A stretch of 64,000 nt of DNA from IMG/VR virus record IMGVR_UViG_3300017912_002752, one strand, 5' to 3'. Shown here in pieces: positions 30,904 to 40,217 of the stretch. The notes beneath the pieces were generated by a model. That model was not told the DNA's origin. It worked only from the letters and a program-made list of their open reading frames with translations, and did not search any database. The first letter of the stretch is position 1; the number at the start of each line of letters is the position of its first letter. The stretch comes from a virus. Its lineage: Duplodnaviria; Caudoviricetes. The translations under genes were made by a program, and so were the position numbers.

Positions 30904-31612
30904 TGAATTCCTCGATTCTGTGATTTACTTCTAAGTATCCGTTTTTTAAAAAGTCAATGTATAACTCTCTATAAATATTTTTTAATTTACCAATTACTTT
31001 AGTAATATATTGAGTTTGTACACCTGTCCTCTCTCTAATAAGTATGTAGAGTGCCTTTTTGTTGTAAGAATACAAATCATGTCTTGTTCTAAATAGTTCA
31101 TTGATAGAGTCAGCTATTTTCTGTTCTCTTTCTTTAGCAAATAACTTGTAGAGATTTGCATCAATATATCTAACATAAAAATCAAAAAAGTCTGCAACTG
31201 ATTCTCTTTGTTCTTTTTCATATACTTCGTTTCCTACATTTCTCGAAGTATCTATTGCACTTACTTTTTCTTTTTGTTTCATTCTTTGGTAGTTCTGATT
31301 ATTCTCATTAAACAGATAGTTTCTAGCTACAACTGTAAAGTATGAGAATGCTCTACCATTTGCTCCATTGAATTTGTTAATTTTTTGATTTAAGAATGCA
31401 ACTACATTTGCCTTGACATCGTCATACGGAACATCGAAGTAATAAGTCTTGTATGTGTGAATTACATTTTCAGCCAGCTTATCAAATGGGTAATGAATAA
31501 ATCTATTGTATATTTTATTCTTTAACTTATAATCATCTATACCATTATAAGCATTGATAGCTATCTCAGTAATTTTAGTGAAATATCTTTTATTCCTTCT
31601 CTTCCTCGGCAT
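30887..31612 (-). CDS. Phage sigma factor, T4 gp55-like (late transcription)
   Basis: KRYFT N-terminus, KLAENVI, KF...AFSYFTVVARNY region-2 motif. Confidence 0.7.
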   Translation of the reverse strand: MPRKRRNKRYFTKITEIAINAYNGIDDYKLKNKIYNRFIHYPFDKLAENVIHTYKTYYFDVPYDDVKANVVAFLNQKINKFNGANGRAFSYFTVVARNYLFNENNQNYQRMKQKEKVSAIDTSRNVGNEVYEKEQRESVADFFDFYVRYIDANLYKLFAKEREQKIADSINELFRTRHDLYSYNKKALYILIRERTGVQTQYITKVIGKLKNIYRELYIDFLKNGYLEVNHRIEEFNDQRR

Positions 31613-31871
31613 AATATTTTTCCAGTTTTTCTATAACTTCATATAATTGTTTAAATACAAACCCCGTCTCGTCATCCGATTCAAATGCACCTTTAGTATC
31701 TAAGTCTTTCATTTTCCCCATTGAGTCATCTACTAACTTTGCGAAATCTGAAATTAGTTTTTCTTGTTCTTCTACAACATCTTCAGTAGCTTCATTCTTT
31801 CTTAGGAGATTCCAAGTAGTGAATCCAAAAACTAAAGTCGTTATAGAAAGTATAATAATTGTTGTAATCAT
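31590..31871 (-). CDS. Single-pass membrane protein
   Basis: N-terminal hydrophobic helix. Confidence 0.55.
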   Translation of the reverse strand: MITTIIILSITTLVFGFTTWNLLRKNEATEDVVEEQEKLISDFAKLVDDSMGKMKDLDTKGAFESDDETGFVFKQLYEVIEKLEKYYAEEEKE

Positions 31872-31872
31872 A

Positions 31873-32664
31873 TTAGTCTTCTACTATATCTTTAAATGCG
31901 TCAAATACTTTTTTAGTATCTTCAGTTGTAGTTTTAGAAGTGCTAAATGTATCTGATAGTTTTCCCTTTGAAGATGGTCTTCCGTTAGGATTACGAGTCG
32001 ACTTTACAGGACTCATTTCGTTTTGCCATCTTTCATATTCATATCTTGCTGCGTTAATATCTGCTTGATGCATGATATGAGGTAGTGGTGTTTTAAGTGT
32101 TTGGTCTTTATTATATGTGATATAATATTTTTTATTATTCTCATCATATAATCCATCAGTAAGTTGAATACCTAACCATTCTTCCTCACTACACTTAACT
32201 CCAAAGTGATTTAATAAAAAGAATGTTCTAAGTGTATGGTCCATGTAATTAAGGTTTGGATTTGTTTTATAAATCTTACCTTGATTTTTCACATGCCATT
32301 CAGAGTCATTCTTTATGTAAATGTCTTCATCTACTGAACCAAGTTTACCTAAGTCGTGGTGTAGTGCCGTAAATATAATAGACTCTTTTGTAAGTCCTTT
32401 CATATCCAATCCCCACTTTTCTTGTAGTTCAAATATACCAAGTGCGTTTCTTGTAACTCTTAGTACATGGTCAATATATCCACCAGGAAATGCATTGTGA
32501 TAGTGTTCAACTGATGAAGCTGGTGTATAGATTATTCTTTCTTCAAAATGGTCATACATTTTGTTTAGTGATTCTAATCTCTCACCTTCAAATGTGTTAT
32601 TAATTAATTTTCTAAATTTTTCGTAATTGGCTACTAATTCTTCAGCCGTAAAAAAGTTTGTCAT
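31873..32664 (-). CDS. HD-domain phosphohydrolase (YhaM-like)
   Basis: PASS..YHNAFPGGYIDH, ALHHDLGK, HQAD. Confidence 0.85.
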   Translation of the reverse strand: MTNFFTAEELVANYEKFRKLINNTFEGERLESLNKMYDHFEERIIYTPASSVEHYHNAFPGGYIDHVLRVTRNALGIFELQEKWGLDMKGLTKESIIFTALHHDLGKLGSVDEDIYIKNDSEWHVKNQGKIYKTNPNLNYMDHTLRTFFLLNHFGVKCSEEEWLGIQLTDGLYDENNKKYYITYNKDQTLKTPLPHIMHQADINAARYEYERWQNEMSPVKSTRNPNGRPSSKGKLSDTFSTSKTTTEDTKKVFDAFKDIVED

Positions 32665-32665
32665 T

Positions 32666-33310
32666 TTATATTATTTTATCGATGATTCCAAGTTCTAATG
32701 CTTGTTGTGCTGATATGAAGTAATCGTTTGATGAAATGTTTTCCCAATACTCTTTATCTTTCTTGGTACATTCAGCCATCAATTGATTACAATCACTTTC
32801 TAACTCTTCGCTAAATTTAGCGTTAGATTTTACATCACTCAATTTACCTACTACTATTGTAGATAATTGGTGTACCATAATCTTAGAGTGTTTGGACGCC
32901 ATACGGGATCCTGTTCCACAAGCCAGTAGTAATGCTCCTGCGGACATAGCTGCTCCCCTAACAATGATGTTATATTTGATACCTTGTTTTTCTTGAGACT
33001 TCATAAAGTCTATTAATCCAAGTGTTTCAATTACATCACCGCCTGGTGTGTTAAGTAAAATATTAAATGTCTTAACTTCACCATTTAACTTTGTTAACAA
33101 TCTTGATTTAGCTATAACATCAAATGTCATACCTGATTGGATTTCACCTTCTATAATGATAACATTATCTTTAGTGTCTATTCCATAATCAAAGTGTCTA
33201 AAGTGTTTTCTATCCGGGTCACTATCCGATGACTCAGATACTCCCTTCTCATATCTAACTTCAAGCTCTTCCGCGCTTGTAGTTGATTCATTTCCGTATA
33301 ATTCGTCCAT
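32666..33310 (-). CDS. clpP: ClpP-family protease subunit
   Basis: NTPGGDV, GAAMSAG (Ser), IMVHQ (His), DYFISAQQALELGIIDKI (Asp). Confidence 0.88.
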   Translation of the reverse strand: MDELYGNESTTSAEELEVRYEKGVSESSDSDPDRKHFRHFDYGIDTKDNVIIIEGEIQSGMTFDVIAKSRLLTKLNGEVKTFNILLNTPGGDVIETLGLIDFMKSQEKQGIKYNIIVRGAAMSAGALLLACGTGSRMASKHSKIMVHQLSTIVVGKLSDVKSNAKFSEELESDCNQLMAECTKKDKEYWENISSNDYFISAQQALELGIIDKII

Positions 33311-33377
33311 ACTTTAAATATATTTTGATACTAATATACAACATTTGTTTGAGAAAACCAAATGTTTTTATATTTTT

Positions 33378-34526
33378 TTACCCCTTTGCACCAGCCCGTC
33401 TTACAACACTTGTTGTAGGTATTTTAGTTACCGAGGTATAAGTGTGTTTTGGTTTTTCATTGTAAAGTTCTTTTGCATCCTCGTTTGGTACAAATCTTAC
33501 TTCTTGTTTGTCATTATCTCTGGAGAAAGTTGTTGGTGTTTCTTCCACTTCTTCCAAAACTTCTTGTACTTCTTTTTTGTCAACTTTGACTTCTTCTCTT
33601 CTATCAGTTCCCAACTCAACCGAGTCATCTGATAAGTGTTCCCTATCTTCCGTAGTATCGAGAACATTACTTTCATTAATGTCAACATCAATATTGTCAT
33701 TAAGGTTATCGTCAATACTTTCATCTTTTTTTCCTATTAGTTTATTAAGTGCGATTACCATAGCGATTGCTAATGGGTCAAAAACAAATACTATTAATAA
33801 GGTAAACCAATTGACAATTACATCCATTGGTTTCTGAGTTAATTGTGCCATGTACCTGAGTGGTCCTATCTCGGCAGCCACCTCATTGTTTGATTCAATA
33901 TCTAAGACTTGTAATTCAAGTTTGGTAATTGAGTCAGTCAATTGTTCAAGTTTAACATTTATATCTGCTCTTGTGTTTACTGCAGTTTCTAATTCTTTCG
34001 TTAACAATTTTCTTGTTGAGGATGATTGGGTTGTGATTATTCTACCTAAAGTATCTGTATATTGTATCTTATTATTAGAGATACCATTTCTCAAATCAAG
34101 AATAGATTTCGTTAAATTACTTTTTTCTATATTGTAATAATCAAGTTGTTCTTGAAATCGGTCTTTTTTTAACTCAATTACTTTAACTTGTTTTTCTACT
34201 ACACCTAATTGGTCTGCAGTTGTTTGGTATGCTGAAGTTAAAAATCCATATATACCCAATGAGGTAATCACCATCAGTATACCAACGGCAAGTGATAGAT
34301 ACCATTTCATCCAACCTGCCTTTTTCCAATTGTTATGTAGATATGATGCAGTTACAAGTTTTGCTAACTCTAATGCACCTGCCATAATGATAACTTCAAA
34401 CCTTGCGCCTGCGAATAAAGAACTCAGTCCAAATACAGAATAGTATGCTGCTGAACCAGCTACTAAGAAGGTACTTAAAATCATCAATAGGATAAAACCA
34501 TTCGACCTATTAAAAATTTTTTTCAT
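33378..34526 (-). CDS. Multi-pass membrane protein with periplasmic coiled coil
   Basis: Three N-terminal TM helices, coiled coil, TM LIVFVFDPLAI, acidic tail. Confidence 0.6.
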   Translation of the reverse strand: MKKIFNRSNGFILLMILSTFLVAGSAAYYSVFGLSSLFAGARFEVIIMAGALELAKLVTASYLHNNWKKAGWMKWYLSLAVGILMVITSLGIYGFLTSAYQTTADQLGVVEKQVKVIELKKDRFQEQLDYYNIEKSNLTKSILDLRNGISNNKIQYTDTLGRIITTQSSSTRKLLTKELETAVNTRADINVKLEQLTDSITKLELQVLDIESNNEVAAEIGPLRYMAQLTQKPMDVIVNWFTLLIVFVFDPLAIAMVIALNKLIGKKDESIDDNLNDNIDVDINESNVLDTTEDREHLSDDSVELGTDRREEVKVDKKEVQEVLEEVEETPTTFSRDNDKQEVRFVPNEDAKELYNEKPKHTYTSVTKIPTTSVVRRAGAKG

Positions 34527-34680
34527 TTTTTTTCCTAAAAATTGGTTTTATTAACTTTAAAAATTGTACTTATATACGAACAACTAAGTTGCTAAGTCGC
34601 TAAGCTCCCCCGTACTTAAGTCCTGTATAAATATAAAAATAATATTTAATAAAGTAATAAAAAACAAGCTTTCCCCCTAA

Positions 34681-35592
34681 CTATGCCCTTTTGTGTTTAC
34701 TAAAATTGGAAAGATAATTTAGAACAGTCAGCTCTTTTGCTTTAGCTTCAACCACAATATCAAGGTCATGACCATAAGTATTAATCTCAGAATAAATATA
34801 ATCAGAGTGTGCCTGAGGCTTTGCAGTCTCATCTTCAAGGGTTCTTGATTCAGAATAGTGAACAATTGGTTTGATGTCACCCCATGTAGACATAGCCAAC
34901 TCCAACGCTTCTTGTTCTGTCATATCACCTGTACAAAACTTGTGGTGGTGATAATCAAAGACAATAGGAATACCAATTCTCTCGTGTATATACATTAAGT
35001 CTTTTACTGAATACATACTTGCCTTGTCATCATTCTCAACAGTAAGTCGTGTCTGTACTGATTCGGGCAACCTCTCAAAGTTCTTACAGAATCTATCCAT
35101 CGCCGATTGTTTGTCACCATAAACACCATTACAATGTATATTGATTTTATTGTAAGGAGTTCTACTTAGTCCCATCAAGTCAAATATCTCACCATGAATA
35201 GACAAGTCTCTAATCGTATTGTTTACTACTCGTTCATTTGGTGATACAAGAACATTGAATGGACCAGGATGAGATGTAATCCTTTGACCATACTTTTCTG
35301 CCAGATTCCCTGCACCATTTAGTAAGATAGAAATCTTACGATAGTCAGGCATTGAACTAAGAGAAAACTCTGAAGCCCATGGAATCAAATCAGAAGTCAT
35401 ACGGAATAGTTTGAATCCATTCTTATGATTCCACTTGATAATCTCAATAAGGTCTCTGGTGTTTTGTAATGCGAGGTCTGATGACCTTGTGATTCCTTCT
35501 TTAAGGAAAGTTCGTTTTATCATACTACGATTTGTAGTAATCTTATCTTTGCGTAGTGTCATATTGATACACGCGTAACCTAAGTTTGTCAT
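34681..35592 (-). CDS. uvsE: UV-damage endonuclease (UVDE)
   Basis: LGYACIN, LFRMTSDLIP, SHPGPF, NIHCNG.YGDK, LTVENDD, VFDYHHH, AHSDY, VEAKAKE. Confidence 0.95.
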   Translation of the reverse strand: MTNLGYACINMTLRKDKITTNRSMIKRTFLKEGITRSSDLALQNTRDLIEIIKWNHKNGFKLFRMTSDLIPWASEFSLSSMPDYRKISILLNGAGNLAEKYGQRITSHPGPFNVLVSPNERVVNNTIRDLSIHGEIFDLMGLSRTPYNKINIHCNGVYGDKQSAMDRFCKNFERLPESVQTRLTVENDDKASMYSVKDLMYIHERIGIPIVFDYHHHKFCTGDMTEQEALELAMSTWGDIKPIVHYSESRTLEDETAKPQAHSDYIYSEINTYGHDLDIVVEAKAKELTVLNYLSNFSKHKRA

Positions 35593-35646
35593 TTTTTACT
35601 ATTTAATCTATTACTAATATACAAAATTTTTTACAAATATCCAAAT

Positions 35647-36117
35647 TTAAAAGTCACCATCTGCGACTTGAAAACAAGAGATACCATTCGCTCTCCACAT
35701 ATCAACGACTTTGTTTCTGTCATCGAATGTACAAAGAACATTATCTTTACCAATGTCGTTTAACCAATCTTGTTTTAGGACATCATCAGGAGTAAAATCC
35801 TTAAGAGGTCTCATAAACAATCTATGCCACGGAACATTGTGTTTGTTCAACCATTGTTTAGTTGTATGAATAGTACCTTTACTTCTACCACTAAATATCA
35901 CAATCTGATGACCACTATCACACAATGATTGTGCCATTTTAATTACAGGTACATTTGGTTTATCCAAACTAATATTTTTAGGGTCAAAGAATTTGTCCCA
36001 ATCTAACTTACCATTTGGTTTAGTAGAAATCTTTCTCCTATCATCGATAAGAGCAAGAGTACCATCTAAATCAAAGATTACTATTTTAAATTTTTGTGGT
36101 GGAAGGTTTACACTCAT
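35647..36117 (-). CDS. HAD 3'-phosphatase (PseT/PNKP C-terminal-like)
   Basis: FDLDGTLA, FSGR, LFMRP, FDDRNKVVDMWR..G..CFQVA.GDF. Confidence 0.88.
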   Translation of the reverse strand: MSVNLPPQKFKIVIFDLDGTLALIDDRRKISTKPNGKLDWDKFFDPKNISLDKPNVPVIKMAQSLCDSGHQIVIFSGRSKGTIHTTKQWLNKHNVPWHRLFMRPLKDFTPDDVLKQDWLNDIGKDNVLCTFDDRNKVVDMWRANGISCFQVADGDF

Positions 36118-36138
36118 ATCTTAATTATTATTACATAA

Positions 36139-36195
36139 TAAAGATAACAAAAAAAGGGGACTTTTCCAAGTCCCCTATGTTAAATTTATGTTAAA
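36139..36195 (-). promoter_or_regulatory. Conserved 57-bp phage promoter, copy 1
   Basis: Minus strand TTTAACATAAATTTAACA..CTTGG..TATCTTTA. Confidence 0.75.
36149..36176 (-). terminator. Rho-independent terminator overlapping promoter copy 1
   Basis: AGGGGACTT-GGAA-AAGTCCCCT followed by a T run on the minus strand. Confidence 0.75.
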
Positions 36196-36201
36196 TTTTT
36201 G

Positions 36202-36405
36202 CTATAACTCTTCGTACTCTACATCCGTAACTTCTTGTAAAAAATAGTAAAAACCATCACTTCCTCTGAGTACTAAGTCGCAGTTAAGATGTTCTTTCCA
36301 TGTAGAGATAATTGGTCTTTCTTGTTCATGGATTTTTCTTATGATTAAGTATAATGTATCATTGTGTTGTAACTTCTTGTATCTAAACCACGAGTATGCA
36401 GACAT
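36202..36405 (-). CDS. Hypothetical protein
   Basis: Short ORF downstream of Hsp20. Confidence 0.5.
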   Translation of the reverse strand: MSAYSWFRYKKLQHNDTLYLIIRKIHEQERPIISTWKEHLNCDLVLRGSDGFYYFLQEVTDVEYEEL

Positions 36406-36410
36406 CTAAC

Positions 36411-36761
36411 CTATTTAACTTTTACTGTAATGTTTTTTGCTTTTCTATCTTCATACTTTGGAATCTCAATGTTAAGTAAACCATCTTTACAGATAGCTGA
36501 TGTAGAACCTAAGTCAAAAGACTCGTGAATCTTATACTTTCTTTCAAGTTTACGATTCTCTTTTTCTGCTTTGATTAAAAGGAATCTATCCTCAACCTTA
36601 ACATCGACATCCTTGTTTGATAAACCTGGCACTTCTAACTCAATCTTTAAGACATCATCCTTAATATAAGATGTAGGTGATGAAATACTTCTTGTGTCAT
36701 TGTCCCAATTCAGCATTGAATCAAACACAGTATCAAAATTTGAATAAAATAAATTTGTCAT
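36411..36761 (-). CDS. Small heat-shock protein (Hsp20 / alpha-crystallin)
   Basis: IELEVPGL..DVDVKVE..L.I.A, A...DGLLNIEIPK, C-terminal I-T-V. Confidence 0.88.
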   Translation of the reverse strand: MTNLFYSNFDTVFDSMLNWDNDTRSISSPTSYIKDDVLKIELEVPGLSNKDVDVKVEDRFLLIKAEKENRKLERKYKIHESFDLGSTSAICKDGLLNIEIPKYEDRKAKNITVKVK

Positions 36762-36800
36762 AATAATCCTTTTTTAATTAATATCTTTGATTATTATAGT

Positions 36801-36862
36801 ACCAAATCCGTACCATCGAGTGTTTTATGAAATTATGTCAGTATTTGTATGACATTTTGTCA
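36801..36862 (-). promoter_or_regulatory. Sigma54-like promoter with two upstream TGACA-N3-TGTCA-type palindromes
   Basis: Minus strand TGGTACGGATTTGGT (36801-36815) vs TGGCACG-N3-TTGCW; palindromes at 36828-36840 and 36850-36862. Confidence 0.55.
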
Positions 36863-37246
36863 GTTTAGTGACAAAGGTGACCCATGTTTTATGACACGAT
36901 ATTGTCTTGTATCTTCAAATGAATCCTCAAGCTCTAAGATTAGACCATCCATAACAAACATTTTGATTGTGTCGTCCATCATTTTATGATTGGGACAAGT
37001 AATCCAAAGATGTTCTAAATCAAGAATTACATTTATCTTGGTTGTTATGTGTTGTGATTGTTCTTCAAAAGCGTTTTCTTCAAACATAGGAGTGTCTTCG
37101 AGGTCCTCTTCATATTCCTCACCGAACTCACCATAAAGATAATCGTGTAGATAATAGACCTTAGTCATATCATCTAAACTCATGAAGTAATTGTATTCTG
37201 CTTCATCCCACGCCATGATATCCCCTTTACTATAAGTATCTCTCAT
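36860..37246 (-). CDS. Hypothetical acidic protein
   Basis: ORF track; start may be the downstream Met (MAWDE). Confidence 0.5.
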   Translation of the reverse strand: MRDTYSKGDIMAWDEAEYNYFMSLDDMTKVYYLHDYLYGEFGEEYEEDLEDTPMFEENAFEEQSQHITTKINVILDLEHLWITCPNHKMMDDTIKMFVMDGLILELEDSFEDTRQYRVIKHGSPLSLN

Positions 37247-37674
37247 GGTTTATCTTTCCACAATTTATTTAGATATTCTAAACCCTCTATGTTTATAATG
37301 GTATTATCAGCTTTTACAAAATCTAAAAATATATCGATTATTGTAATTTTAAACTCACTGGTAAACTTATCCCTCATCTGGTTTAGTTTAGCGCCCATGT
37401 TAACAACATAGTTTGTATTAGGCGCCTGTTCTGAATCTATAAGTGAATGTATTTTATTTTTAGCGATTGTGAAGTAAGGTTCTTTCTTTGCTACGATAAC
37501 ATCACGAACTGATGCAATATAAGTTTCTAAGTCTGACTTATCACCAAGGGTATCATCAGCCAACATATCAAATATATCACTTGAAGCAAACTCCAAGTAA
37601 TACTTGTCTTTGTATCGATAGTTCATTAGACTATCGTCATAGAAGTCTTGTATGTCTAAGTGTTTATCGTTCAC
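37243..37674 (-). CDS. Hypothetical protein
   Basis: ORF track, packed operon. Confidence 0.55.
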   Translation of the reverse strand: MNDKHLDIQDFYDDSLMNYRYKDKYYLEFASSDIFDMLADDTLGDKSDLETYIASVRDVIVAKKEPYFTIAKNKIHSLIDSEQAPNTNYVVNMGAKLNQMRDKFTSEFKITIIDIFLDFVKADNTIINIEGLEYLNKLWKDKP

Positions 37675-37680
37675 TAACGA

Positions 37681-37983
37681 TTATGTTTGTAGTCCTAATC
37701 TATATTTTTTCTTTGCCAAATCAACGGCTTCAAAACAAGTCATTCCTAACTTATTTAATTCAGCCATTGTTACCTCAAATTCTTTTCCACCGATTTGTAT
37801 GTACCCTACCTTAGTAGCACTATGTGGATGTTCTGAAAAACTAAATTGTTCGTGAATTCTGAAGTCTAAAGAGTTATATAGATTTCCATATCTTTTTTGA
37901 TTTCGTTCCTGTCTTTCTTTAGGAACACCAAATGAGTGGTTCACATTACCATGTCTCATTTTTACTTTATTATACTTTTTCAT
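37681..37983 (-). CDS. Hypothetical basic protein
   Basis: ORF track. Confidence 0.55.
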   Translation of the reverse strand: MKKYNKVKMRHGNVNHSFGVPKERQERNQKRYGNLYNSLDFRIHEQFSFSEHPHSATKVGYIQIGGKEFEVTMAELNKLGMTCFEAVDLAKKKYRLGLQT

Positions 37984-38037
37984 AAGTAACTAATTTTGGT
38001 TATATACCAATAAATAGTTTTCTTAATGCTAATAAAG

Positions 38038-38340
38038 TTAATTTTTCTTACGATTTCTTCGAGAAATTCTATCAAACTTTTTTTCATCAAATGCCATATC
38101 GTGTTTCATTGGATGTGTTCGGTTGAAGTTCTGTTCTATTTGACACGACCTACTCGCCCAATACCATGCATCATATGCTTTAGATTGTGGTGGGATGAAT
38201 AACTCTTCACCCACCACAGTTCCAACTCCACTTGATATGTAGAACAACCCATCGTTGTTCATTTGAATTTTTGCTTTAGGATATCTTTTCCTAACTTTTC
38301 TTTGGAAGGATTTAAACTTCCTCGCTTGAATTTTGTCCAT
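38038..38340 (-). CDS. Hypothetical basic protein
   Basis: ORF track. Confidence 0.55.
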   Translation of the reverse strand: MDKIQARKFKSFQRKVRKRYPKAKIQMNNDGLFYISSGVGTVVGEELFIPPQSKAYDAWYWASRSCQIEQNFNRTHPMKHDMAFDEKKFDRISRRNRKKN

Positions 38341-38551
38341 CTAATTTCTTTTTTAAATGTTTGGTTAGGCCTTTATGAATATGACAGGTGGATAGTTCTT
38401 TATTTACAGAACATCTTTCAACCTTCTTTCCATTCTCAAGTAGTACTTCGTACACCAACCCTCTTTTCAATCTTGTTCTGTTTGTCACCTTACCTACTCT
38501 AAAAAGGCCGTTTACTTTTACAATAATGTCATCACCTTTTTCGAATACCAT
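38312..38551 (-). CDS. Small SH3/KOW-like protein
   Basis: FEKGDDIIV..GKV..YEVLLENG pattern. Confidence 0.45.
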   Translation of the reverse strand: MVFEKGDDIIVKVNGLFRVGKVTNRTRLKRGLVYEVLLENGKKVERCSVNKELSTCHIHKGLTKHLKKKLDGQNSSEEV

Positions 38552-38552
38552 A

Positions 38553-38753
38553 TTACTTAATTACTTTAATGATTTTAGTCTCTATTACAGACCCTACTTC
38601 AAATTCAATTCCTGAACCCTCGAAATCCTTTGTAACTTTTACCTCTGCGTCTGTCACAGATACTGCGTTAACCACATATTGTTCTGTTAACTTCTTCACC
38701 TTACCTTTGTCATCAGTATGATGTACTTTTACTTTTGCGATGTAATACTTCAT
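38553..38753 (-). CDS. DUF4494-family protein (Bacteroidota-associated)
   Basis: K.K....D.KGKVKKLTEQYVVNA.SVTDAE matches the family pattern as recalled. Confidence 0.7.
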   Translation of the reverse strand: MKYYIAKVKVHHTDDKGKVKKLTEQYVVNAVSVTDAEVKVTKDFEGSGIEFEVGSVIETKIIKVIK

Positions 38754-38762
38754 AATTTACTT

Positions 38763-38978
38763 TTAATAATTTAACATTTGACTTAACTCATGTTCAGTTA
38801 CAAGTTTGTACTGACCATTAGGACCATTGTCATGATAGTCCTCAGAAATAGTGTGATAGTATTGTATATACTCCTCACCATTATATTGTTTACCAGCAGG
38901 TATAACTACAATACAGAAGTTGTCACCTTGGTCTTGGTAGGAAATTACTTCCCTTTTAAATTCTTTATAATTCGCCAT
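38763..38978 (-). CDS. Hypothetical protein
   Basis: ORF track. Confidence 0.5.
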   Translation of the reverse strand: MANYKEFKREVISYQDQGDNFCIVVIPAGKQYNGEEYIQYYHTISEDYHDNGPNGQYKLVTEHELSQMLNY

Positions 38979-39297
38979 TTTTAAATTTATTTATTAATGT
39001 TCCTAAATCTCTACCCTTTTTGGTAGGTTTGTATGCCAACTTTCCATCTTCGTTTACATACATTGAAATAAGTTCTTTATCCAACAATCCCAACAGAGCA
39101 TCATCAACTTCATATTGTTGGTACTTTCTATATGCTTTAAGAATAACATCAGACAAGAAATCAATACTTGATGATTTCCGTAAACCCTCTCTGACAAAGT
39201 CTTCCATTAATTCCCAATCGGTGATATCAAAAACACCTTTTAGTTCTTTACAAATTTGTTTTGTCAACTCGTTTAGTTCTGATTTATTCCACTCCAT
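38965..39297 (-). CDS. Hypothetical protein, possible winged helix
   Basis: L..L.DKELI......G...Y.PTKKG. Confidence 0.45.
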   Translation of the reverse strand: MEWNKSELNELTKQICKELKGVFDITDWELMEDFVREGLRKSSSIDFLSDVILKAYRKYQQYEVDDALLGLLDKELISMYVNEDGKLAYKPTKKGRDLGTLINKFKNGEL

Positions 39298-39298
39298 A

Positions 39299-39490
39299 TT
39301 AAAACTTTTCTCTTAATTCTTTTTCTACTTGTTTATCCAATTCGTCAAGATAATCCACAGATTCAACTGAACCAATTATTGCATCATATCTTTTGTGTTT
39401 GTAAATACCCACTACATATTCTGCACCCCACTCTTCTACTTTTTTCTTGAGGTCTTGTATCTCTGGTAAATGTACTTTATTGAATCCCAT
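39299..39490 (-). CDS. Hypothetical protein
   Basis: ORF track. Confidence 0.5.
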   Translation of the reverse strand: MGFNKVHLPEIQDLKKKVEEWGAEYVVGIYKHKRYDAIIGSVESVDYLDELDKQVEKELREKF

Positions 39491-39755
39491 CTTTTTTATT
39501 CCAAATTGATTGTTCGTTTTCTTTTCCTAACTTCTTAATTTCTTCCCATCTTTTTTGGGAAATCTCTTCACCTCTACTGGCTGCATCAAGAAAGTTTATC
39601 TTTTTCAACTCATGTGTATTTAAAGGTCTTACTTTTGTTTTGAGATATTCTGTTTTAGAATCTAAGTATTCCAAAAACATATCAAAATCATATGCAGCTA
39701 TCTTGTCAAGTTGTTCGTCTGTTAACGGATTGTCGGGGTCGTACTTTAGGTTCAT
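39477..39755 (-). CDS. Hypothetical protein
   Basis: ORF track; TTTGG..TATATTTA promoter immediately upstream. Confidence 0.55.
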   Translation of the reverse strand: MNLKYDPDNPLTDEQLDKIAAYDFDMFLEYLDSKTEYLKTKVRPLNTHELKKINFLDAASRGEEISQKRWEEIKKLGKENEQSIWNKKDGIQ

Positions 39756-39779
39756 ATCTTTAAATATACAAAAAATTTA

Positions 39780-40214
39780 TTAATTTACCAAACTTTGTCT
39801 CTTCAATCTTTCGATTAGATAAAACTCGTACAACTCTTCTACATCCATCAATCTACTATTCATAGCTTTATCCCAAAGACAAAATCCAAACTCTTTTTCT
39901 AATTCTTTTTTTAAACTGGCTAATATCTTAAGTTCGTCTCGGTGTCCTTCTTCTGCCAATTTGTTTGCTCTAACATTCTTTAGATAGGTCTTTTGTCTTG
40001 CTTCATATTCATATCCCCAATAATCACCACCATCAGGACACTTACTCATTATCTCATTGTAGAGGTCAGAAGACTGCTTTCTCGCAGCCTTCTCCTCTGA
40101 GTAATAATGAGAGTAATCGAAATCACCATTGTTAATTCTTTCTATCAAGGGTTTCTTGACTGATAGTTTTTTCTTCCTACCATTGGTCCACCATCTGAAC
40201 TTATTGTATCCCAT
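39780..40214 (-). CDS. Hypothetical protein
   Basis: ORF track. Confidence 0.55.
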   Translation of the reverse strand: MGYNKFRWWTNGRKKKLSVKKPLIERINNGDFDYSHYYSEEKAARKQSSDLYNEIMSKCPDGGDYWGYEYEARQKTYLKNVRANKLAEEGHRDELKILASLKKELEKEFGFCLWDKAMNSRLMDVEELYEFYLIERLKRQSLVN

Positions 40215-40217
40215 ATC

